DNA of 64,000 nucleotides from the human T2T-CHM13v2.0 reference genome, Homo sapiens: the NCBI RefSeq assembly GCF_009914755.1, contig NC_060929.1. One strand, 5' to 3'. Below the pieces are notes generated by a model. It did no database searches. It had not been told where the DNA came from and saw only the letters and a program-made list of their open reading frames with translations. The position numbers and the translations under genes are program-made. This document shows positions 1 to 15,959 of the stretch, piece after piece (the first letter of the stretch is position 1; every line of letters begins with the position of its first letter).

Positions 1-135
1 CTGTTTTTGTTGCTATAAGTAATATTACAAAAATATTTTTGTCACAGGCATATATATATATTCCTCTATTTTCATAGAATATATCCCTAAAACATGAGCT
101 TTGCTGAATTAAAATGTATAAGCATTTAACAATTA

Positions 136-1060
136 GAGTCCTGACAGAAAACAAATGGTATACTCCAAGGAGTAATTGAAGAAAAATTAATGAAGGGTTA
201 CTTACAAAGATTAGGCAAGGTTAAAGTCTACCAATTATAGGATGGTTTAGTACAACAGGTCTAGCAGTTGTCAACTGAACTAGTTACCTATATCCGTTGT
301 ACAAATTTCAATGAACTCAGTGACTTAGAACAACAAAAATTCATTATCATAATTAATTTCAGAAGGTCAGAAATTTCAGTGGCTGAAGTCAAGATGTGAG
401 CAAGGCTGCATTCCTTCTGAAGGATCTAGGGGAGAATTAATTTCTTGACTTTTCCATGTTCTAGAGTCCTCTTGAATTCCTTGGCTTGTGGCTCATGTTC
501 ACCTTTAAAGCAAGCAACTGCATCACTCAGTCCCTTTCCTTCATCTTTCCTCTGGCTCTGACCTCAAGCCTCCTACTTACAAAGACCCTTGAGATTACAT
601 TGGACCCACCCAAATAATCCAAGATGATCTTGTCTTCAGATCCTTAACCATGCCTGCAAACTCCCTTTTACCACGTAAGATATATGTACAGTTTGCAGGG
701 ATTCGAACAAGGACATTTTTGGGGACCTATTATTTTGCCTACCACACTACCTTAGTCATTAAAGTACAAAAGGAAGGGACAGTTACAGGACCTAGAAAGA
801 GCTGTAGAACAGGAGCCGTGACTTTAAACTAATACAACCACTGCCCAACAGCGGCCAGTCAAGGAGGGAGAGTAGGAATAAGTAATCAGAATTCTCTCTT
901 CTCCTACCTAAAGTATATCTAATTGGTCAAAGCAAATGGAAACTAGTGGACAGGGAAATGCAGATAGGGTGGGCCAGAGGTCAGCCTTATGGGGCACACC
1001 ATGTGGTGAAGAACTCTGAAGAATGGATCCAGAGAAATGACTGGAAATTATCCAGAAAAC
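136..1060. mobile_element. Ancient LTR-like remnant (ERVL/MaLR class, family uncertain), interrupted by the MLT1 LTR at 276-746
   Basis: LTR-like sequence on both sides of the MLT1 insertion (gagtcctgacagaaaacaaatgg...; ...gaatggatccagagaaatgactggaaattatccag); resemblance only. Confidence 0.35.
276..746 (-). mobile_element. MLT1C/D-type ERVL-MaLR solo LTR
   Basis: MLT1 motifs: gacttagaacaacaaaaattcattatc, gctgcattccttctgaaggatctaggggagaat, gagattacattggacccacccaaataatcc, terminal ...gcctaccaca. Confidence 0.8.
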
Positions 1061-1937
1061 CTCTCCAAAAATCAGCATAAGTGGTACAAAAGAAAGCTTC
1101 TTTACTTGTACCCTACTTAACATAAATTTCTGAAATAAAGAAGAAATTTAGGGTTTTCAAATAGATTTCTATGCCATGGAAAAAGTAGTCTTTAAAAGTT
1201 ATTACACTGGAATATTACAGATCCATATATTTTATATTGGGTAATCTGTTCAACCTGAAGAACTTTTCAATAGGCTTTAAAGCTATAAAGCAAATGCCTT
1301 TATACAACACTTTCTGGGAGTTAATGTGGGTTAATAGACATGCCCTTCTGGTGAGTCCTGTGGCAAGGGTGCCAATTCAGTCAGTGATTTGCAGGCCACA
1401 GCACCCTCGAGCTATTTTCACGAAGGGTGGACCTTCTGAGCCAATATTTCTCATCTGTTATTGCAGAACTTAAAAAGGGACAGGGCTTCTGAGTCACTGA
1501 GAGCCCAAGGGTACAATTCTATACTGGGTTCAAGGCTGAAAATAGCAAAACCACAGATCTATTTCTGTAAACACAATGACTGTAAGGACAACTACAACTT
1601 AATTTGGACAACTTAAACTAAAGTGACTAAAGCAAACCATTTGGAAAACAGACTAGCTTAGTACTGACACTCTGAACACAGCCTCTTATAGTGTACAAGA
1701 CTATGACTTTCTCATTGACAGCCTTCCCATCCTCTTAAAGTCATGGGGGAAACTGAGTCCTTATTAGGGCTAGATTGTGAACCCTGTTGAACAAAAAAGA
1801 AGGACAATTTTACACGGCACTTAAATTTAGCTATTCTCTTCTAAACCTCCATTGATTCTGCATCTCCCCTTTCATTCTTTCAATCTCTTTTTTTTCTTCA
1901 AAAAGACTTGATGTCACTGTGAAGCAATGAAGATGTG

Positions 1938-2060
1938 ATTCAATTCAATAAGTATGTTGAGTGCCTACCATATGCCAAGAACTGCCCTATGCATTGGAGA
2001 TATCTTGGTAAAAATTAATGGCTCAGGCCCTATCCTTACAGAATTTACAATATAATGCAA
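1938..2060 (-). mobile_element. L2 LINE 3' end fragment
   Basis: ttcaataagtatgttgagtgcctaccatatgccaagaactg...ggccctatccttacagaatttacaat matches the reverse L2 3' terminus. Confidence 0.7.
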
Positions 2061-2694
2061 AAAGAGGTGAGAAATGTGAAATTCAGTGGGTGGTTAGTAT
2101 TATTAATGCAGAGGTAAACATCTGATCACAAAAGCCTCACCCTTCCCCAAATTCTGTATATATAAATGTATGGGGTAGGCTTAAGCTGATATTCTTCAAT
2201 TAACATTAATAGATTTATTTCTTAGATATAGAAAATAAACCTATAAAGTAGTGGATCGTGGGGTTTCTTTAGGATAATACTTTTTTCATTTTTAAAAATT
2301 GCTAGTATCTGCTAGAGGATTGAATCAGGTTTTTTTTCATTATAAATGTCTTTTCAGGTATGTATATGAAATTACACAGGCAACATGTATTTCTTTTGAA
2401 AACACATTGGTTTTCAGGCATAGTGATCTTTTACCAAGGGACTAAACGATAGAGAATCTTAAAGTGCTCTCAGTGGTGTTTTATATTAAATAGTTGACTT
2501 CCCTAGTTTGGCATTGTGGAATTAGTACCAATTATTAAAGTAATAAATTCTTGCTGCTACCATGAAAGTTGGGGCTTTCAAACTTGTATTGATCTATGAT
2601 AAGCAATAATTGTACATTTTAAGCTAATATACATGCACCATGCATATCCATGCATTTGCAATATACATACTTGATGCAACATTTCTTGTAAAGC

Positions 2695-2790
2695 TATAGC
2701 TTCTCAAAGTGAGGGCCAAAGTTTACACTTCTAAATCTTTATTGCCTAACACAGTGCCTGACCCATAATAGCCACTTGAGAGATGAAGTT
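2695..2790 (+). mobile_element. L2 3' end fragment
   Basis: gtgagggcc...tgcctaacacagtgcctgacccataatag resembles the L2 3' end. Confidence 0.5.
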
Positions 2791-2885
2791 TTTAAAATAC
2801 AGTTTGTCAAATGGATGCTGCTGGACTATTATTTGTAAAGTTTTTATTTAAAATACCCATTCTATTTTTTTATTTTTAAGGAGGA

Positions 2886-2922
2886 ATATATATATATAAA
2901 TATATATACATATATGTGTGTG

Positions 2923-2957
<35 letters not shown>
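2886..2957. repeat. Compound (TA)n/(TG)n microsatellite
   Basis: Directly visible. Confidence 0.95.
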
Positions 2958-3265
2958 AATCACAACATTCTAAAGCATCCTTTCACAAATCTTCCCCCAG
3001 AAGAGTACCATTAACTTGATGAACATAATCAAAAGTAATCCTCAGATGTTAATGTGAGAGTATCATCAAAGGCAGTATCTACTGAAAATCCCCATGAAAT
3101 TTAAGACAACTTACTGAGATTTGTTATTTAGCAATTAACTATCAATGGTAACCAATCAACTCAATTAGTTGTGGGGACAAACAAGAAACATATTTCCTTA
3201 AATGAGATTTTGCCAGGTAAAATTCTAACAAGGGTCAAGACTAAAATTACTTTCTTTCTTGATAA

Positions 3266-3688
3266 AAATATGGTTTGGATGTTTGTTCTCTACAAATCTC
3301 ATGTGGAAATGTGAACCCCAGTGTTGGATATGGGGCCTGGTAGGAGACTATTGGATCATAAGGCAAATGTCTCATGAATGCTTTAGCACCATCCTCCTAA
3401 TGGTAAGTGAGTTCTCGCTCAGCTACTTCACAAAATATCTGGTTGTTGTAAAGATTCTGGGACTTCCTCCTTCTGTATCTTGCTCCATTTCTCATCATGT
3501 GGCGTGCTGCTCCTGCTTCACCTTCTTCTATGAGTGAAAGCTCCCTGAGGCCTCACCAGAAGCCAAGCAGATATCAGCACCATGCTTCCTGTATAGCCTG
3601 CAGAACCATGAGCCAATTAAACTCTTTTCCTTCATATATTACCCAGCCTCAGGTATTCCTTTATAGCAACACAAAATGGACTAATACA
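3266..3688 (+). mobile_element. MSTA-type ERVL-MaLR solo LTR
   Basis: atatggtttggatgtttg...aaatctcatg...gaggcctcaccagaagccaagcagat...cagaaccatgagccaattaaac...ttatagcaacacaaaatggactaataca; ~420 bp. Confidence 0.88.
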
Positions 3689-4775
3689 ACAAGTTAGCAA
3701 TTATTCGTAATTGTCTTAACATCTTTAAGCCCTCACTGAACCCAATTTGGAAAGTTTATTGTAATTTTTTGCATAATGTCTTAATACTTAATCCAAGGTA
3801 GAAAAATAAAAGGATGATAATTTTCTGGTTATTCTGTTTAATGTCTACATCCTTCAAAAACTTATTTTGATGGTTTTATATACATTATATAAAATGAAAG
3901 AAATAGGTCATCTTTACATGTTTAGAGTGGGTGAGAGTAAGAGCAAGACCCAGGCCAAGAGCAAGATGAGATAATGAGGAATAAATAACACAGTGGGGAA
4001 AGGATATAGGAATTTACACTTCTCTGACCATTAATTCATTACTATTAGAAATAATTTAACTAGAATTCCAAATGTAATAATTTCTTCATATTGGGATATG
4101 ACATTCTTATTTGCAAAAGTTACATTAGTCTTCATATTATCACCAGTAACACTTTGAGCACTTATATTTATATTTGTATATTGAGTAGAAAATACTATTT
4201 ATAATTTTCCAAATGTTCTGTTGTTTATGACAAAGTTTAATCACAACATGCTGCTCATCACTGGTACTCAATAAATATCTGCTTTAATTACAATAATGGC
4301 AAAATTATATGCTAAGAAAGATGTGGCGGGGGGACCAAGATGACTGATTAGAAGCAGCTACAGTGCATGGCACTCATGGAGGGGAAAGAAAGGGCCAAGA
4401 AAATACAGCATCTTCAACTGAAATATCCAGGTACTCTTATCGGGACTGATAGGGTAAACAACTCAACCCATGGAGAATGATGAAAAGCAGGGCAGGATAA
4501 TGGCCTACCTGGGAGCAACATGGAGTCAAGTGAACCCCTACCTCCTGTCAAGAGAAGCGGTGAGTGAATGTGCAACCCTGGAAAACCACACTTCTCTCAT
4601 GGATCTTTGCAACCCTCAGATCAGGAGATCACCTCATGTGCCATTCCACCAGGGCCTTGGGTCCGACACACAAAGCTGGGAGGAGTCTCAGCAGAGCAGC
4701 TAATCAGGCATGCACATACTCTGGCCCTAGGGTTCCGACAAAGGTGACTGCAACTCAGGCAAGGCAGGAGGTGTG

Positions 4776-5416
4776 TGAAGCGGAGTCATTTGTTTGGGGT
4801 AATACTCGAGGTTACTTCCCTCATGCCAAGGAAATGAAGGATGTGGAAAAACACAGGGAGTGAGTATAAGAGCAGAAGTTTCATAGGCGAAAGAAAGAGA
4901 AAAGAGAAAAGCTCTCGCTCCTGCAGACAGAGAGGAGTTTTCGAGTGGGTCTTCTGGTTCCGTGGTGAAATGCACAGGGTTTTATAGTTGAGCTTGAGGA
5001 GGCAGTGTCTGATTTACATAGGGTACAAGAAATTGGTCAGGCCAGGTGTACCATTTGCATCGCACGTGAAGAAGCTGTCCATTTCACCCCAATCTTTTAT
5101 TATGCAGAGGGGGTCTCTACCTGGCTGGTGTCATGTTGCCTGCTTTTTTACTGCACACACAGCAACAAAGAAAACAGAAGAGAAAACCTCCATATTGAAT
5201 ACACCTGGCTTCCAGGTATCCCTTTTCTATTGCCACAGCTGCTAGCATTTACCTATGCAAGATTTTGGCTTGCTTATCCATGCTTGCAGCCTGATTTTTC
5301 AGGCAGCTTCTTGTTAGAAAAGAAATGATTTGGGGGCTGTTTTTATTAAAAAGAAACCTTGCTGAGGACTCTCTTACCCTTGCTATCTGCCTAAATAATT
5401 TCTAGGTCTTGTATCA
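4776..5416 (-). mobile_element. ERV1 solo LTR, MER51A-like, inserted antisense in the L1 5'UTR
   Basis: TG...CA termini (tgaagcgg...gtatca), 641 bp; minus strand reads tgatacaagacctagaaattatttaggcagatagc..., matching my recollection of MER51-family LTRs; L1 5'UTR resumes on both sides. Confidence 0.75.
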
Positions 5417-5607
5417 CCTGTACGTACTCCTAGGAAGGGGGCTGAATCCAGGGCCTGGGCAGGATTGGTCTGCAGGCCCCATTTCCATGGCATCACACAA
5501 GATAAGACCCATTATCTTGAAATTAAAGCCAGCCACTGGCAACAGGGTAGATCATGCCTGAGACCTGAGATGGGACAGAGCCCCCAAGGGGAGGGGTGGG
5601 CCACCGT

Positions 5608-6740
5608 CTTTGCTGTTTGCACGACTCAGCCATTCCAGTCTGCAAGCTTTGGAGAGTCCAAATGATCCTGACAAGGAAGGAACTCCCCAGTGTAGCACAG
5701 CCTCTTTACCAAAATGTCGACAGACTGCTCCTTTAAGCAGGACCCTGATCCATTCCTCACTGTGATGCGCCTCCTAGACAGGGCCTCCAGCCAACCCTGC
5801 CTGCCTGTATTCTACAGACAGAGCTCTGAACTCTCCCTGGGATGGAGAGCCAGAGGAGAGGCAGGCCACCAGCTTTGTTGTTTGGATGACTCAGTCGTTC
5901 CAGTCTCTGGGCTTTGGTGAGTCCAAACAGTTTAGACAAGGAAGGGACCCCCCCCCCCACCACCTCTGCACAGCACAGCTGCTTTACCAAAACATGGCTA
6001 GACTGCTACTTTAAGTGGAATCCCAATTCATCCCTCCTCTGGGTGGGACCTCCCTGCTGGGGCCTCCAGCCACACCCTCCCCCACTCCTGTATTCTATGG
6101 ACAGAGCTCTGATCTCTTCTTGGGATAGAGTACCCTGGGGAAGGGGCAGCCTGTGACTTTGCTGTTTGGATGACTCCATCATTCCAGTCTGCAGGCTTTG
6201 GAGAGTCCAAAATGACTTGGTCAGAGGCAGTTCCCCAGCATGGCATGGCTGTTTTGTCAAGGCATGGCCAGACTACTTTTTTAAATGAGACCCTGATCCA
6301 TTCCTCCTCACTGGGTAGGTCCTCCTAGCTGGGGCCTCTGGCAACCTCTGCCTGTGTTCTATGGCAAACAGAGTTCTAATTTCTCTCTGGGACAGAGGGC
6401 ATAAAGTGGGCCACCACCTTTGCTGTTTGGGCATATCAGCCTGTCCAGACTTTGGGCCTTGGAGAGCCCAGACTGATCAGGGGCTGAAGAGATTTCCTAC
6501 ACAGCACAGCTGCTCTACCAAAATGTAGCCAGACTACTTTTTTAAGCAGGTCCCTGATCCCATTCCTCCTGACTGGGGAGACCTCCAACCTGGGGTCTCC
6601 AGCCACCTCCTATAGGTGTGTTCAAGCCAACAATGGATCAGTCCCTTCCTGGGGTGAAGTTCCAAGATGAAGGGGCAGACTACCATCTTTGCTGTTTCAC
6701 AGCCTTCACTGGTGATACCTCCAGATACTGGAAGGACCAA
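5608..6740 (+). repeat. Four diverged ~260-285 bp tandem units plus a partial fifth in the L1 5'UTR
   Basis: Unit start ctttgYtgtttg/c at ~5608, 5873, 6157, 6418, 6687; shared internal motifs ctttggagagtccaaa, cagactRcttttt aag, ccctgatccattcctc. Confidence 0.85.
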
Positions 6741-6921
6741 GACAACTCAGGTCTGGAGCAAACCCCCAGCAAACCATAGCAGCCTTACAGAACAGTGGCC
6801 AGACTCTTAAAAGAAAAACAAACAAAACAACAACGACAACAACAACAACAACAAAACACACACAAAATCCCCATCTGAAGGTCAGCAACCTCAAAGATAG
6901 AAGGTAGATAAGCCCACAAAG

Positions 6922-7289
6922 ATGAGAAAGAATTATTACAAAAATTCTATAAACTCAAAGAGCCAGAGTGCCCCCTTTCCTTCAAATGAACACAACACAT
7001 CTCCAGCAAAGGTTCATAACTGAGCTGTGGCTGAGATGGCTGAAATGACAGAAGTGGGCTTTAGAATGTGTCTAAAAGCAAACATCATTGAGTTCAAGGA
7101 GCACTTTGTAACCAAATGCAAGGAAGCTAAGAATCATGATAAAACAATGCAGGAGCTGACAGCCAAAATATCCAGTGTAGAGAGGAACATAACTGATTTG
7201 ATAGAGCTAAAAACACACTACAAGAATTTCACAATGCATTCATAAGTATTAATAGCAGAATGGACAAAGTGGAGGGAAGAATTTCTGAG
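6922..7289 (+). pseudogene. L1 ORF1p N-terminal/coiled-coil remnant, truncated by deletion
   Basis: atgagaaagaat start; ORF 7027-7245 (AEMAEMTEVGFRM...KEAKNHDKTMQELTAKISSVERNITDLIELK) is L1 ORF1-like. Confidence 0.8.
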
Positions 7290-11516
<4,227 letters not shown>

Positions 11517-12686
11517 ACAATGAGAACACATGGACTCAGGGAAGGTAACAACACACACTGAGGCCTATCAAAGGGTGGGGTTGGGAGGAGGGAGAGGATG
11601 AAGAAGAACAGCTAGTGGATTCTGGGCTTAATACCTGCGTGTTGGGATAACCTGTGCAGCAAACAACCATAGCACACGTTTACCTATGTAACAAACCTGC
11701 ACATCCCACACATGTACTCCTAAACTTAAAAGTTGAAAATAAAAAAGAAAAGATGTTTCTCTATATGTTTATACACATTTTTCCAATAAATTTTATTTCA
11801 TGGATATTGATATTTTAGATATTTGCCATATTTCAAGATTATTCAATTTTTCTCCTAACACATTTTTTTCTTTCAAAGCTATGTTGTTATATAACTTATA
11901 AAAACTTAAAAAATGTAAGAAGTGCTTGAAGGAGAAAAGAGTTCTTACTCAAGACATACCAAAAAAAATGCTAAACATAATGTTAACAAGTGATAAATTG
12001 GATTATTTATTTTCTTCAAAAGACACATTAAAGAAAGCAACACACAGAGGATCTAGGAGTTATTTTTGATACATATGTAGGAAAAGGTCTCACTAAAATT
12101 GTATGATGAACTCCTACAAATAAATAATAAGAAGAAAACCCAATAAAAAATTGGCAAATATTAAGTGAGTTCTTTACACATGAGATACCAACTAATCTAT
12201 TTAACTATCATGAATGCATATTAAAACTGTAATGCCAAATCAATGTACAACTACTGAAACCAGTTTGAAAAAGAAAAAATTTCAAGTGTTGCAAACATGT
12301 GAAGTAATATAAATCCTCAAACTCTACTTGTGGAAATGTAAATTGCACAATATTTTTGAAGAGTGTTGGAAAAATTGACTAAACTATTCGTATCCAATGA
12401 CCTAGAAATTCCCCTAATGAAAGCATAAACATATTCACCGAAAATATGGTTACAAAAATATTCGTCAGAGCACAATTTTTATCAGCTTGTACATTCAAGA
12501 CAAGGAATACTATTTTTTTAATTACTCAAATACCAAAAACACCAAACTGCCTATCAAATACAGAGTGGATAAAAAAGCTGTGGTGTATTCTTATAATAAC
12601 ATTCTGTACTATAGAATGTACAGCAAGCAGCTAAAATATGCGTGAATCTCACATCTGTAATGTAGAGCAAAATGAACATCGTATTT

Positions 12687-13027
12687 GCACTACACTAAAT
12701 ATTTGTGTGCCCCCAAAATTCGTAAGTCTAAACCTTAATCTCAATGTGATAATATTAGGAGATGGGGCCTTTAGGAAGTAAGTAATGAGGGTGAAGCTTT
12801 CATGAATGGGATTAGTGCTTTTATAAGGCTAGAAAGCCAGGTTGTTCTCCTTCTTTCACATAGGATACAATGAGAAATTGGCAATCTGCAATCCAGAGAG
12901 GGTGTTCATCAGAACCTGACTATCCTAGTGCCAAGATCTCAGAATTCCATTCTTCAGAACTATGAGAAATGTATTCCTATCATTATCACCCAGGCTATAT
13001 TTTGTTATAACAACCTGATCTAAGACA
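12687..13027 (+). mobile_element. MLT1A-type MaLR solo LTR
   Basis: tgtgtgcccccaaaattcg...ggggcctttaggaag...atgaatgggattagtgcttttataag...tattttgttataacaacctgatctaagaca. Confidence 0.8.
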
Positions 13028-13058
13028 CTAAGATTCCATTCATATAAAACTGAGAAAG

Positions 13059-13332
<274 letters not shown>

Positions 13333-13555
13333 GATGTGAGGAGAATTCTTGTGTGTGTGTGTTGTGGAGGAGAGCAGGGAGGGAAGGGCTGAGCATGAGA
13401 AGGACTTTGGGATGTTGATAACACCATTAAACTCTTTCTTGATCTGGGTTCTGCATAGGTGGATAGGTTGCACCTATTTTGTGAAAAATATATGATAAGT
13501 ACCCTTTTCAATACATATACATATTTCAATAGAAACTTCAAAAATACATAAAGGT

Positions 13556-13943
<388 letters not shown>

Positions 13944-15119
13944 TTAAAGTACATATCTTAGTTGTGAAGCCATGAGGCATAATATAAGGGATCTTAAAGA
14001 AAATCAGATTAGTTTTATTTTAAATATTGGTTTTTCAACAAAAAAGCATTGTGACCTCAGGAAAAAGTATAGCATATCCAGAGTTTTCTCATGAGGGGCT
14101 TGAACTATATTAACTCCAATTTTAACTTTTGTTCCTTATATTCCATAAGCTATATGTGAAATTTCATATCGATCTCCCAGGTATTGATACTGCCTTTGAA
14201 AGAGGGTAAAGATAATGAACGCAGTTTCTAGAGTATCAGTAGATCATTGTTATGTTTATTTAGATTTATGCTCGTTCACTTTACAAAATGCATGTTATAA
14301 GTTGACCACATGTTTTAACTATATAACTAGAAGTCAAATAAATTGCATTATTATTTCAGTAGTTGGAAAAGTTGTATGAACAGAATAATTCAAATGTTGT
14401 GAAAATTATGCCTATATGTATATCCATGGAGAATCATTAACTCTTACCAAATGAGAAAATCTTTCATGCTATTTACACTCATCTGTGTAATAGTCACTGG
14501 CCAATCAAGAACTAGGCTCATAAAAACTGGTTATATTTGTGACAGATGACCTGAAATCACTGTTTTATGAATGGTAAGCCTGTCTTTCCTGACCAGAGTC
14601 ACATGGCTTGCTAAACTGTGCCTAGATCTTAGCTATTTTGAAGGTCAACTCCCAAAGAGAGTTCTGCAAGGAAAACATCAAGCCTTTACCATCCGAGAAT
14701 GAACTACAAAAAATCACTCATGTTCAAAACAAATCATTATTTGCAACTTCTCTGGGAACCTAACTGTGGGTCCCTGAAGTAAATTTTGAGTACACCACGT
14801 AGCATATTTTCAATCAGAAAATCAAATTTTGTGGATAGATTAGATAGAGAGATGATAGATAGCCAGATCGACAGAAAAAAAGATACTAATAATATTTATG
14901 CTGTTTGGAACATTAGAGACCATTAGTGATTTTTATTTTTAAAAATATCCCTCCGAGTTTTCTAAAATCTTTAATTGTGCACACGAATTAATTTTATAAG
15001 CAGAAAATGGATATATTCTTAAATTATAAAATGACTATTATAAAAATCTGGATTTTTTAAAATATATGTGGTCAGTGTGGGAAAGATTGTTCTCAGCAAA
15101 TCAAAAATTATACAAAAAA

Positions 15120-15187
15120 CAAACCTGCACGTTGTGCACATGTACCCTAGAACTTAAAGTATAATAAAAATATATATATATAAAGAA
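15120..15187 (+). mobile_element. Very short 5'-truncated L1PA 3' terminus
   Basis: caaacctgcacgttgtgcacatgtaccctagaacttaaagtataataaaaa plus tail; perfect 17-bp TSD aaaaattatacaaaaaa (15103-15119 / 15188-15204). Confidence 0.9.
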
Positions 15188-15807
15188 AAAAATTATACAA
15201 AAAAAGTCACTACCAGCAAAGTAGACCGCAGTGCTACGTATACAATTCAACAAAAAATAAAATAAAATTTTTTTTAAATGTCAAATGTTCTAAAAACCAG
15301 AAGTTGAGTGCATTTACTTTCCGTTGTTGTTTAAACACATTCCCTTTGTCCTTTCCTCCAAACCCTTCCTGTTTCAGATGGCATTTCAGGGAGCTATTTG
15401 AAGGCTCAGCCCCTCCCACACCCACACCTCCGCTTTTAGTTCCTGTTTTTTTTTTTTTTTTTTTTTCCTGAAAAATACAGAAAGTGCTCATGAGAAGCAA
15501 GAGAGAACTAGCTCTAGAGACTGGAGTTGTCTCTACATTTCCATTATTGGAGGAGGTCAGGTGGCATTGGTCAATATGTTCCACCATCCCACAGTGATAT
15601 TTTAAACGTTGCAGAAGTGCCAGGGCTCCAAAACTGGGTCATGGTGGCCCTCCTCCAATTAGTCACAGCTATTCTGCTGTGAGGCTGATGAAAGTAAGTT
15701 GCAACATTCCTGTCTCCTAATGTGGATTGATTAAGAATGATTAAATAGTGTGTTTGCTGTCCACAGCACCCACGCATGAGATAATAGAGGACACTATGGA
15801 AAGGGGG

Positions 15808-15937
15808 TATATATACCTGTATATATGATTAAAAACATATATATATTATAATATATTATATATATTATTGCTTGCTAAATAATATATATTATTATATATA
15901 ATAATATATATATAATACATATCTATAATATAGATAA
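15808..15937. repeat. AT-rich low-complexity (TA) tract
   Basis: Directly visible. Confidence 0.9.
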
Positions 15938-15959
15938 ATTCTATGATCAGGGTAATGAT

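Noticed and set aside
5608-6740. Regularly spaced repeats as a CRISPR-like array
   Set aside because: The whole ~270-bp unit is homologous (no unique spacers), it lies within an L1 5'UTR, and the context is eukaryotic with no cas genes.
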